This document shows positions 1-7,910 of a DNA stretch of 30,614 nt, piece by piece. Numbering within the stretch: position 1 is the first letter of the stretch; the number at the start of each line of letters is the position of its first letter. This DNA is from a virus (Duplodnaviria > Caudoviricetes), in IMG/VR virus record IMGVR_UViG_3300020044_007958, positions 1-30,614 of that record. One strand, given 5' to 3'. Position numbers and translations under genes: made by a program. The notes under the pieces are model-generated. The model made no database searches and was not told where the DNA came from. It saw only the letters and a program-made list of their open reading frames with translations.

Positions 1-121
1 TTATTTCCTCTTCAACACCCCCTCCAAATCAACACTATCAAGCACCGCATCGAGTTTATCTATTAAAGCATCTGTAACCTCGTCTGTTAACGTGTTACGC
101 ATTGATTTTTCAATCCTACCT
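1..121. repeat. Terminal direct repeat, copy 1 (circular assembly overlap)
   Basis: 1-121 is identical to 30494-30614, giving a circular unit of 30,493 bp. Confidence 0.95.
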
Positions 122-351
122 AAAACGATTGTAGTTGTATCCATTGTAAGCGTTAAATTTTTCATTGCATCCTTTATTTTCTTGTCAATCACTTTTTTGT
201 TTGGAATGCTTAAAGTATCATATTTATATTGTTGCTTTAATACGCTTATATTAGCCTCCTGTATCGTTTTTTTACATCCTTTAATGTAAAGGCTCGTAAT
301 TGCACACAACGCGCTTAAACGTGTGATATTGTCTTTTTCTTCTTTAGTCAT
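1..351 (-). CDS. Hypothetical early protein
   Basis: 116-aa ORF overlapping the stop of the upstream ORF (344..649) in a tightly packed leftward operon. Confidence 0.75.
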   Translation of the reverse strand: MTKEEKDNITRLSALCAITSLYIKGCKKTIQEANISVLKQQYKYDTLSIPNKKVIDKKIKDAMKNLTLTMDTTTIVLGRIEKSMRNTLTDEVTDALIDKLDAVLDSVDLEGVLKRK

Positions 352-649
352 TTTCCTTATCTTTTAAAAGTTCAATTAAATTATACTCTATTGCTTCCTT
401 AATCTCGTATTTCGGCTTAATTCTGCGGTTTTCAGTATCAAAAAATTCAATATCGGTAATTTCTACATCCATCCAATCTTCAATAGGTGTAAAATATCCG
501 TCGCCTGTTTCGTATTTATCCACGCTAAATTCAAAATTTACAGTACCATCAAAAACAACGCTATTTAAATCTGTTGGATCATCATACGCCAACACCGTTG
601 CATCGCCTGAGCCTGAGCCTATGTTGTAGTCGTGTAGTTCTACTTTCAT
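344..649 (-). CDS. Hypothetical acidic phage protein
   Basis: 101-aa D/E-rich ORF preceded by an AAACAATTAAA leader (minus strand). Confidence 0.8.
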   Translation of the reverse strand: MKVELHDYNIGSGSGDATVLAYDDPTDLNSVVFDGTVNFEFSVDKYETGDGYFTPIEDWMDVEITDIEFFDTENRRIKPKYEIKEAIEYNLIELLKDKEND

Positions 650-650
650 A

Positions 651-1019
651 TTATAAATTTAATTGTTTAATTTCCAATTTTAAAAATTTTAAAATATGGC
701 TTATTTTAGCATGATTATAAGCCATATAAACTTCCAATACTGTAAAGTTTCTTGAGTTTGGATAAGTCATGAAGTTTGGTGGGATAATTTTATTTCTGGG
801 CGTTAAACCCAAGCCATTATCTTGAAAAAACAAAGTGGCACTTTCATTAATCAATTTTTGAGCTCTATCACTAAAAAAGTGCCCAGTTAATTGACTATAA
901 AAACCCCTCAAATCTCCCTTTTCAATTGCGTCAACATCAACTTTGTTTAATTCCTCAGGAGTTACTAACTTTTTTAACTTCCTAATTTCTTTTCTCACTT
1001 TTTTTAAATCAATTTCCAT
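651..1019 (-). CDS. Hypothetical protein
   Basis: 122-aa ORF abutting both neighbours. Confidence 0.75.
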   Translation of the reverse strand: MEIDLKKVRKEIRKLKKLVTPEELNKVDVDAIEKGDLRGFYSQLTGHFFSDRAQKLINESATLFFQDNGLGLTPRNKIIPPNFMTYPNSRNFTVLEVYMAYNHAKISHILKFLKLEIKQLNL

Positions 1020-1218
1020 GTTGTAAGTATTGTTTAAGTTTATTTTCGTAATTAATCGTTTTAAATTCTCGCTCCCAGTAATTTCTCCCCTCGGGTATTT
1101 CTAAAATTGAATTTAGCTTTTGCCTTATGTGTTCCGAGTATTCCAACTTTTGCACCCTTACACTTGGTAAAGGGTGCGTTATTAGTTGGAGGGGGATTAG
1201 TAGGAGGATTAGGCGCAT
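1009..1218 (-). CDS. Hypothetical protein with a hydrophobic N-terminus
   Basis: 69 aa; TAATG coupling with the upstream ORF and overlap with the downstream ORF. Confidence 0.6.
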   Translation of the reverse strand: MRLILLLIPLQLITHPLPSVRVQKLEYSEHIRQKLNSILEIPEGRNYWEREFKTINYENKLKQYLQHGN

Positions 1219-1367
1219 TACAATGAGTAAGCTACATTTTTAGCTACATAATTTGAACAGCTAAAATTAGATTTTACCCATTCTTTTTTTTCATCTAAAT
1301 TCCAATTCCTAAAATTGTTAAAACCTCCGTTTTCTCTAATGTTTTTTAAAATTTCTTGCGTTTTCAT
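1218..1367 (-). CDS. Small hypothetical protein (49 aa, MKTQEILKNIRENGGFNNF...), not in the ORF track
   Basis: Hand-translated. Directly downstream of a TATCTTTG promoter and AAACAATTAAA leader; its stop overlaps the next ATG. Confidence 0.75.
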   Translation of the reverse strand: MKTQEILKNIRENGGFNNFRNWNLDEKKEWVKSNFSCSNYVAKNVAYSL

Positions 1368-1391
1368 AACCTTTATATTTAATTGTTTCCT

Positions 1392-1414
1392 CAAAGATAC
1401 AAACTTATTTGTAT
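1392..1414 (-). promoter_or_regulatory. Bacteroidetes -7 promoter (TATCTTTG) overlapped by operator palindrome ATACAAA-N4-TTTGTAT
   Basis: CAAAGATA at 1392-1399; palindrome at 1397-1414. Same architecture at 3433 and 5080. Confidence 0.8.
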
Positions 1415-1663
1415 TTAGAAAAGTGTTGGTTGTATAATTTTAGTTTCTTTAACAGTTTTTTTAACTATTTCGGGTTTTTTTAACATTAATCGCTCTATTT
1501 CGCGGTTTTCTGCGGTGTAATATTCGCCAGTATCAAAGTTGAAAATATGGCAAAGGCTACCAGTATTCGCCGTACACCTACACCTTTGCCCTTTTTCGTT
1601 GGTAAAATCTAGTGTTAGATCTCCCCATTTAACCGCATCTGCCATAGTCTTGTTATTATCCAC
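1415..1663 (-). CDS. Hypothetical protein
   Basis: 82-aa ORF in the early operon. Confidence 0.65.
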   Translation of the reverse strand: MDNNKTMADAVKWGDLTLDFTNEKGQRCRCTANTGSLCHIFNFDTGEYYTAENREIERLMLKKPEIVKKTVKETKIIQPTLF

Positions 1664-1914
1664 CTGTTTGTACGTTGTAAGCTTTGTTCGTTCATCCTAC
1701 GCGCCTTTTCAAGGGTGTTGAAGTCTAAAGTCATATCTAAACGCGCACCGCATTGATTAGCTGGTGGTATGGGTGCGAATGGTATATTTATTTTTCCATT
1801 TCCAAAGTCTTCCAACATTGATTGCGTGGCTTCACTTATGCGTTGTTTTCCGCAATTTGCGAAGATTTGACTTTTCAAATCCTCGCTTATTTCTATTCCT
1901 ACGTGCAAAATCAT
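1615..1914 (-). CDS. Hypothetical protein, possibly ribbon-helix-helix-like DNA-binding
   Basis: N-terminal alternating strand (LHVGIEISEDLK) followed by helical segments (RISEATQSML). The RHH resemblance is weak. Confidence 0.55.
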   Translation of the reverse strand: MILHVGIEISEDLKSQIFANCGKQRISEATQSMLEDFGNGKINIPFAPIPPANQCGARLDMTLDFNTLEKARRMNEQSLQRTNRWIITRLWQMRLNGEI

Positions 1915-1916
1915 AA

Positions 1917-2270
1917 TTAATATGGTAAATCTTCATCATTGCTATTACTTGCTTGTACTGGTTTGGGCGCATCCGTTGGGTGGTTGCCTGTTACGTTGGC
2001 TTCAATCTTCCACACGTCCAACGTGTTGAAATACTTAGTTTCGCCTTGTGGATTTGTCCAGCTTTTACCCCTTAGATTATAGTGCACCGTAGCCATTTGT
2101 CCGATTACCAACGGATTTGCTAAGTCGCATTTATCCTGTGCTAGTTGGAAGCAAATAGTCTGCGGATACGTTCCATTGTCCTCCAATACTATTTCCCTTT
2201 TTTTGAATTTGTCCGATACTTGTACAGTTTCGGTAATTGCGATAATTCTTCCCTCGAATTTGTTACTCAT
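1917..2270 (-). CDS. DUF3127 family OB-fold, SSB-like protein
   Basis: FKKREIVL..YPQTICFQLAQDKC..NLRGKSW..YFNTLDVWKI motifs and an acidic DEDLPY tail. Confidence 0.9.
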   Translation of the reverse strand: MSNKFEGRIIAITETVQVSDKFKKREIVLEDNGTYPQTICFQLAQDKCDLANPLVIGQMATVHYNLRGKSWTNPQGETKYFNTLDVWKIEANVTGNHPTDAPKPVQASNSNDEDLPY

Positions 2271-2272
2271 TT

Positions 2273-2464
2273 TTATTTGATTTTAGTTATTGATTTTATT
2301 TTTTCTTTTTCTATGCACTTTGTTAATTCGGTATTTTCATAAAGGTATAAATCTAATAATTTGCATAAACTGTAAATTGTTCCGTCTTCTAATTTGATAA
2401 ATAAATCTTGACTTTCAGGTTTAATAACCTTATGCCTTCTTAAAAATTCAGTTTCTTTTTCCAT
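2273..2464 (-). CDS. Hypothetical protein
   Basis: 63 aa with 2-bp gaps to both neighbours. Confidence 0.65.
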   Translation of the reverse strand: MEKETEFLRRHKVIKPESQDLFIKLEDGTIYSLCKLLDLYLYENTELTKCIEKEKIKSITKIK

Positions 2465-2466
2465 AA

Positions 2467-2868
2467 TTAAAAAGGTAATTTATCATCTTCCATTGTTGGC
2501 TCTGGTGCTGGTACTGGTACAGGCGCAGAACTTTCGTTTGTAATTTTCCACGCTTCCAAAGTGTTGAAAAAGCGGTCTTTACCCTCTTTGGCTAGTTGGG
2601 TGTAAATCCTGTTTTGTATTATTGGATTGTTTGGTATTTGTAATGGCTGTTCCTCCCCCGAAAAATCAAAGTCAGAGGGGAAATGTCTTTTTATCTCCTC
2701 TGTTATTTCGGGGTGGCTTCCTTTATCTACTGAATTACAAAATAAATCCATAACCCCTCCCCTAGTAAAGAAGTTATAAATACCGTAACTAGAGTTTTGA
2801 ACTATCTTTTTATCCGCCAAATACTCCGCCATTCTGCGGTAAGGCTGTTTTAATTCGCTAATTTTCAT
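2467..2868 (-). CDS. Chimeric protein with a DUF3127-like C-terminus and SSB-type acidic tail
   Basis: Ends FFNTLEAWKI...EDDKLPF, parallel to 1917..2270. Confidence 0.7.
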   Translation of the reverse strand: MKISELKQPYRRMAEYLADKKIVQNSSYGIYNFFTRGGVMDLFCNSVDKGSHPEITEEIKRHFPSDFDFSGEEQPLQIPNNPIIQNRIYTQLAKEGKDRFFNTLEAWKITNESSAPVPVPAPEPTMEDDKLPF

Positions 2869-3403
2869 CTGTTAATAATTTTAAGATTTCTTCACTAATT
2901 TTAAATTTTGATTGGATTTGCTCTATTGTTCGAGTGCCTTTTTTTAGCGCGTCTTTAATGTTGTTAAATAACGCGTGTGTTAGTGTTAATTCTTCCATTT
3001 CAGCGACTTTTAATGGTTCGACCTTGTAAGGTGTTCGTTTTGCTTTTGCAGTTGTTAAACTCACTATTTTTGTTTCTGTGATATTGGAAGCGTGGGAAAT
3101 TCTAATTCCACCAACTTGAGCACCTCCGAAGCTTACTTTTTCATCTCGGTACAATGTAAGGCTTCTGCCTATGTATTCGCTCCCATTTGCCCCCCAAATT
3201 GTAACCAATAATCTGCGCATTGATTTACAAGGTTTATAAGGTTTATTTTCGTCGCCCTCAAAGTAAATGCTTACACTTTGCGCTGGGTCGTCTGTTAGCT
3301 TAATATCCCTGATTTTAATTGTTTTCGTTGTGCCTATTAAATCGTCCGCATTCAGCTGATCGCTTTTAGGCAAAATGGTTTTTCTTAAATCTAAATTTTC
3401 CAT
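2858..3403 (-). CDS. Conserved phage protein, probable recombination partner of the YqaJ exonuclease
   Basis: PKSDQLNADDL...KPYKPCKSMRR...GGIRISH motifs, which I recognise as typical of genes next to YqaJ nucleases. Confidence 0.7.
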   Translation of the reverse strand: MENLDLRKTILPKSDQLNADDLIGTTKTIKIRDIKLTDDPAQSVSIYFEGDENKPYKPCKSMRRLLVTIWGANGSEYIGRSLTLYRDEKVSFGGAQVGGIRISHASNITETKIVSLTTAKAKRTPYKVEPLKVAEMEELTLTHALFNNIKDALKKGTRTIEQIQSKFKISEEILKLLTDEN

Positions 3404-3432
3404 AATTTAAAATATTTAATTGTTTATAAGTG

Positions 3433-3455
3433 CAAATATACAAATAAGTTTGTAT
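3433..3455 (-). promoter_or_regulatory. Bacteroidetes -7 promoter (TATATTTG) with operator ATACAAA-N4-TTTGTAT
   Basis: CAAATATA at 3433-3440; palindrome at 3438-3455. Confidence 0.8.
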
Positions 3456-3584
3456 ATGCAAAAGTTAATGTAAGTTAATATTACCGATATTGAAATAAAG
3501 GCAGTGAGTAAGGTCATGATATTACTCAACTCGTCAGCTGTATCTTCCCCCCTCACTTCTGCCAACATCTTGAATTTCTTCACA

Positions 3585-4244
3585 TTATAAATTTATCTCA
3601 TCCGACACCACCGCCACACGCGTAGCAAGTTTAAATCCTTTGCTTTTTTCGTAAAATTCGGCAATAACATTTTGTATTTTTGTTTCTGCAATTTGCACCG
3701 CTTCAATTAACACATCTTGTATTTCTATATCCTTTTCGACGCGGATAACTTGCATGGGCATACCGTTGCTGTAAGAAATAAAATCGCACCATTCACGCTC
3801 ACTCACTAACATACCGTAGTGGATTTGTGGCAAATGTTCAACTGGTACAATTCCGCTAACTATTCGCTCCACCTGTATAGATTGTTTTGCGCTCTTAATT
3901 TCGATTAAACCATTTTCGCCAACTAAACCGTCTGGCGAATATCCAACAGTAACACCGGCTATTTTGTTTGTAATAAATCCGACTTCCACCGCGCCACCGT
4001 ATAAGTCACGTGCCAACGGTTCTTCAAAATGTCCGCGATCCATATCGGAGGAATAAAAGCTATCTTCTAAATGTCCTGTAATCCTTTCACTAGCTAACTT
4101 CCATATTGCTTTGCGTGTTTTGTCGTTTTCAGCTATTTTAAACGTTGGTGTAATTAAACTCTTAACTACGGTGCTGGTAATTATTCCCTTGCGCAAGTCT
4201 AACCATTCGGGTGTGCCTTGCTCGATGTCTGTGTAAATTTTCAT
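3585..4244 (-). CDS. YqaJ-like (lambda-type) exonuclease
   Basis: QGTPEWLDLR, RGHFEEPLAR, YSPDGL and LIEIK PD-(D/E)xK motifs. Confidence 0.92.
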   Translation of the reverse strand: MKIYTDIEQGTPEWLDLRKGIITSTVVKSLITPTFKIAENDKTRKAIWKLASERITGHLEDSFYSSDMDRGHFEEPLARDLYGGAVEVGFITNKIAGVTVGYSPDGLVGENGLIEIKSAKQSIQVERIVSGIVPVEHLPQIHYGMLVSEREWCDFISYSNGMPMQVIRVEKDIEIQDVLIEAVQIAETKIQNVIAEFYEKSKGFKLATRVAVVSDEINL

Positions 4245-4654
4245 AAGTTTTCTATTATTTTGTTATAATCATTTAAAATTTTAAAATCAAATTGCCTGTT
4301 CTCTACTACTTTACAGCCATAAATAACAGTTGCGTGGTCGCGATTAATTACTGAAGCAACCTTTGAGAATGTAAATCCCATTTCACGCGCGAAATAACAA
4401 TAAATCTGCCTTGCTCGTACTATTTCGGCAAATCTTACCGGTCCTTTTGCTTCTTCAACCGTAACACCCAGCAATTTACAAACAAAGTCCAAAAGGCTCT
4501 CTAATTTGTCGGTGTTGGATAACATTTGCGATTTGGATAACATTTGCGATTTGGATAAATGTTCCGACGCTACTGTGTTTATACCTCTATTTAACTTCTT
4601 TTTAATTGGAATATATTTTATCCCAACGTAAATCTGTGGACTTATATTCCCCAT
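4241..4654 (-). CDS. DnaA C-terminal-like HTH DNA-binding protein
   Basis: ARQIYCY..NRDHATVIYG signature of the Bac_DnaA_C domain. Confidence 0.85.
   Translation of the reverse strand: MGNISPQIYVGIKYIPIKKKLNRGINTVASEHLSKSQMLSKSQMLSNTDKLESLLDFVCKLLGVTVEEAKGPVRFAEIVRARQIYCYFAREMGFTFSKVASVINRDHATVIYGCKVVENRQFDFKILNDYNKIIENL
4515..4558. repeat. 18-bp tandem repeat x2.4 (TTGGATAACATTTGCGAT)
   Basis: Seen directly; encodes the duplicated LSKSQM. Confidence 0.9.
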
Positions 4655-5046
4655 GTATCAACTATTTTAACATTTTCAACAAAATAAAAACTTTCTGCCA
4701 TGTCCTCAGCTTGTGAGTATGTGCGTTCTTCTGTTAACACTTCCTTACTGATTGCGTCAATTACGTGCCAACGTGGAAAATCGGATAACCATGAGTAGAT
4801 AAGTTGGTGCTCTTTTACACGTAAATTAGTAGCTAAAAAATCTGCCTTATGATTTGCGCCTTTTATTTCCATAAGCCAATCAATGGTTTCTTTGCCATCC
4901 AAATATTCAAAACTTATACGTTCGCCGTTGCACCTTACATCGGCGTAAATCTTCCAACTTTGAAAGCCGTTGGTTCTTACCGTGAAATTAAAGCTTACTT
5001 TGTGTTCTCGCTTTAAATGGTCTGTGATTTTGATTTCTGTTTTCAT
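4642..5046 (-). CDS. Hypothetical protein, first gene of the early operon
   Basis: 134 aa, downstream of the promoter at 5080. Confidence 0.8.
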   Translation of the reverse strand: MKTEIKITDHLKREHKVSFNFTVRTNGFQSWKIYADVRCNGERISFEYLDGKETIDWLMEIKGANHKADFLATNLRVKEHQLIYSWLSDFPRWHVIDAISKEVLTEERTYSQAEDMAESFYFVENVKIVDTWGI

Positions 5047-5079
5047 ACTATTTTATTTTAATTGTTTAACTTGATGCAA

Positions 5080-5102
5080 CAAAGATACAAACTAATTTGT
5101 AT
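5080..5102 (-). promoter_or_regulatory. Bacteroidetes -7 promoter (TATCTTTG) with operator ATACAAA-N4-TTTGTAT
   Basis: CAAAGATA at 5080-5087; palindrome at 5085-5102. Confidence 0.8.
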
Positions 5103-5150
5103 TCTGCAATAGTAAAAGTGTTAAGGAGTGTTAATAACTTATTAACGTAG

Positions 5151-5175
5151 CTTATTTAGAATGGTTTTAAATAAG
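5151..5175. promoter_or_regulatory. Palindrome CTTATTTA-N9-TAAATAAG in the divergent control region
   Basis: Inverted repeat lying between the two divergent promoters. Confidence 0.5.
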
Positions 5176-5206
5176 GGTTTTATGTTATATATAAATATAT
5201 TATACT

Positions 5207-5214
5207 TATATTTG
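5207..5214 (+). promoter_or_regulatory. Rightward Bacteroidetes -7 promoter (TATATTTG)
   Basis: TAnnTTTG 22 bp before the ATG at 5237. Confidence 0.7.
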
Positions 5215-5236
5215 CATAAACTTTAAAATTATTGAT

Positions 5237-5365
5237 ATGAGCAAAAAAATGACTACGATTTACATCGACCCTGTAATTAAGAAAAAAGCCAAAGAAAAAT
5301 CTAAAGAGATTTTAGGTAAAGATAACCTAAGCGCTTTAATTACTTACCTTATTAATAAACTGTAA
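5237..5365 (+). CDS. Small ribbon-helix-helix (Arc/CopG-like) regulator, 42 aa, not in the ORF track
   Basis: MSKKMTTIYIDPVIKKKAKEKSKEILGKDNLSALITYLINKL: strand TTIYID, a helix, then NLSALI. Ends 3 bp before the primase gene. Confidence 0.75.
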   Translation: MSKKMTTIYIDPVIKKKAKEKSKEILGKDNLSALITYLINKL

Positions 5366-5368
5366 TTT

Positions 5369-7504
5369 ATGGATATTAAACTTAGCTATTATAGCAATGT
5401 TAAACAAGTCAAAGCCACAAAGGTTCTAGGTTTACAATCCTTTTTGGAGGGTGTAAAAAATGGAGAATGGCAAGATATTGTATTGGATGTTAGAAATAAA
5501 AAAATTGACAAAAAAAAGGATGCTGTTATCCCAGCAGTAACACTTTCGGCTTTGTTTTCGGAAAAAAGAAGTAAAGATGCTTTTATTGAGAAAACAGGTA
5601 TAATGCAAATCGATGTCGATGCAAAAGATCAAGATATGACTATTGTCAATCGAGATAGCGTAGAAAAAGACCCATACACTTATGCTTTATTTGATAGCAT
5701 CTCTGGTAATGGTGGATTTAAGGTATTAGTTCGAATTGATAAGACTATTGAACACAAAGAAATTTTTGATAGCTTGAAAATTTACTACCTTAAACACTAC
5801 AATATTTTAATCGATATTCAGTGTTCCGATATTACAAGGCTTTGTTATGTAAGCTACGACCCTGATTTATACCTAAACGAAAATGCAAAGGTTTATTCCG
5901 AGAGATACACGCGCGAACAAAAAACATTTAATAAAAAATTTGATAAATTCAGCGCACCACGTATAACCATTGAAGAAGATTTAGCTAATGCAATTAATGA
6001 AGCATCAGGGTTAAATCTTTTTGATGATTACGAAGATTATCTAAACCTTGCTTTTGCCTTATCTAGTGAATTTGGCGCTGGGGGAGAACATTATTTTCAT
6101 ACCCTTTGTAAAGCATCATCTAAATACGACCCGAAAAAAGCTTCCAACGATTATCAAAGGGCAGTAACTAGAGGAAAACAAGGTGTGACAATTAAAACGC
6201 TTTACTTTAAATTAAAGGAAGCTGGTATAAATATTAAAAGCCAAAAAACTGCACGTTTAGAGCAATTAATTAAACATTCCAAAAATCCGAAAGAAGATGC
6301 TAAAAAACTAGGTATTGAAAACGCGGACAAAATTATCGACCAGCTTTTAATTGCGACTAAAAATGAAGATGAACAAACAGAAATTCAACTTATTTCGGAT
6401 TTAATCAAACTTGAAGATATTAAATTTAATGAGGTTGAACGAAATTATGAGTTTCAAGGCGAGTTAATGAACGACCGTATTTTGTCACATTTTTACGTAA
6501 AAGTATGGGAAAGCATAAACGATAATATAAGCAAAGATAAAATATTTACATTAATTCAAAATCCCGATAACCACACATCATACCACCCAATTAAACAATG
6601 GTTTGAAAAGAATAAAGGTTTAAAAACGGATAAGGAATTTGAGAAACTTAAAAAATGTTTTGACTATTCAGCCACTATGTTAACGGATAGAGGGGACGCT
6701 TTTATAGAGGATTTTTTGGATGTTTATCTTAAAAAATGGCTTTTGGGTATAATTGCCAGTGCTCATGGCACTTATTCGCTTTTGGTACTGGTGTTACTAG
6801 GGCAACAGGGTACAAATAAAACAAACTTTTTTCGTAATTTATTGCCAGTTGATTTAAGAAAATATTATTCCGATAATACTTTAGATGAGGGCAAAGATAG
6901 TGAAATTTTAATGTGCAAAAAGTTGCTAATTATTGATGATGAATTCGGCGGTAAATCAAAAAAAGATGCCAACAAATTAAAACGATTATCCAGCCAACAA
7001 ACTTTTTCTATCCGTATGCCTTACGGAAGAGTAACAGAGGATTTAGAACGTTTGGCAGTATTGGGAGGTACATCGAATGAAGATGAGGTAATTAACGACC
7101 CGACAGGAAATAGGCGTATAATCCCTTTAACGATTAAAAACTTTGATTTTAAGGCTTATGATCTAATCGATAAGGATAAACTATTCATTGAGCTTTATAA
7201 TGAGTGGAAAACGGATAAAATGGGGTTTGTTTTAAGTAAACATGAGATTGATATGCTAAATAAATGCACTGAAAAAAATCAGGAGGTAATTGCAGAAGAA
7301 GAAATTATAAATAAACTTTTTAGGGTTTCTTCAGTTGCTCAAATGACCACAACGGAGGTAATGTTGACCATACAATCGGAATATCCAATGGTAAAAACTA
7401 GTACAAAAAGGATAGGAATGGTGCTAAAAAAACTCAAAATTGAGCAAAAATTGGCAAAAATGAACGGAAAAACGACCCGAGTTTACCCATTGAAAAAAGC
7501 GTAA
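5369..7504 (+). CDS. VirE/VapE-family primase-helicase (BT4734-like N-terminus, PriCT-2, P-loop ATPase)
   Basis: IMQIDVD, SISGNG and DITRLCYVSYDP (N-terminal domain); YLNLAFAL..SSKYD (PriCT-2); GQQGTNKT, IIDDE and DPTGNRR (VapE). Confidence 0.9.
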   Translation: MDIKLSYYSNVKQVKATKVLGLQSFLEGVKNGEWQDIVLDVRNKKIDKKKDAVIPAVTLSALFSEKRSKDAFIEKTGIMQIDVDAKDQDMTIVNRDSVEKDPYTYALFDSISGNGGFKVLVRIDKTIEHKEIFDSLKIYYLKHYNILIDIQCSDITRLCYVSYDPDLYLNENAKVYSERYTREQKTFNKKFDKFSAPRITIEEDLANAINEASGLNLFDDYEDYLNLAFALSSEFGAGGEHYFHTLCKASSKYDPKKASNDYQRAVTRGKQGVTIKTLYFKLKEAGINIKSQKTARLEQLIKHSKNPKEDAKKLGIENADKIIDQLLIATKNEDEQTEIQLISDLIKLEDIKFNEVERNYEFQGELMNDRILSHFYVKVWESINDNISKDKIFTLIQNPDNHTSYHPIKQWFEKNKGLKTDKEFEKLKKCFDYSATMLTDRGDAFIEDFLDVYLKKWLLGIIASAHGTYSLLVLVLLGQQGTNKTNFFRNLLPVDLRKYYSDNTLDEGKDSEILMCKKLLIIDDEFGGKSKKDANKLKRLSSQQTFSIRMPYGRVTEDLERLAVLGGTSNEDEVINDPTGNRRIIPLTIKNFDFKAYDLIDKDKLFIELYNEWKTDKMGFVLSKHEIDMLNKCTEKNQEVIAEEEIINKLFRVSSVAQMTTTEVMLTIQSEYPMVKTSTKRIGMVLKKLKIEQKLAKMNGKTTRVYPLKKA

Positions 7505-7567
7505 TTAAGTTAATTTAAGTAAAATAAAGTTAAAAAAATGTTAAAAGCGAAAAAAAGGATGCAAAAA

Positions 7568-7866
7568 GTTACAGATTGTAAAAAATCTGTAACCGCCTAC
7601 ATCGTAGAACTGGTAAGGGTTTTAGGTGTTAAGGTTACAGATTACAGATTTTTATGCTGTTTTCTAAAAAGGCTATATAAAAAAAATATTTGCGTAATGT
7701 ATATACGAAACAAAACACTCTCGTATATATATTACAGAATAATCTGTGGCATCTGTAACCTTTTAGTAATTTACAGAAAATCAGCGAGTTACAAGGTTAC
7801 AGATTAATTTTAAATCTGTAACATCTGTAACTATCTGTAACTTTGTTCATTTTCAAGCAGTTACAA
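7568..7866. repeat. Putative replication origin with GTTACAGAT/ATCTGTAAC iterons
   Basis: Copies at 7568, 7585, 7634, 7751, 7796, 7814, 7823 and 7833, plus partial copies, in both orientations, directly after the primase gene. Confidence 0.75.
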
Positions 7867-7910
7867 AAGAGAATTCAAAAGAGAGTTGATTTAATTTTAA
7901 ATTTAAAAAA

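Noticed and set aside
1-121. Biological terminal repeats
   Set aside because: An exact 121-bp overlap ending mid-gene looks like an assembler k-mer overlap, and the PBSX-like TerL suggests headful packaging with circular permutation.
3416-3583. 55-aa GTG-start ORF on the minus strand
   Set aside because: It runs through the promoter/operator and has no recognisable motif. I cannot exclude it, but it is unsupported.
7538-7807. 89-aa ORF with repeated KVTD
   Set aside because: The peptide repeats are translations of the DNA iterons, which occur in both orientations; the region is more likely a non-coding origin.
7568-7866. CRISPR array
   Set aside because: Repeats are ~9-10 bp, irregularly spaced and in both orientations; no cas genes.
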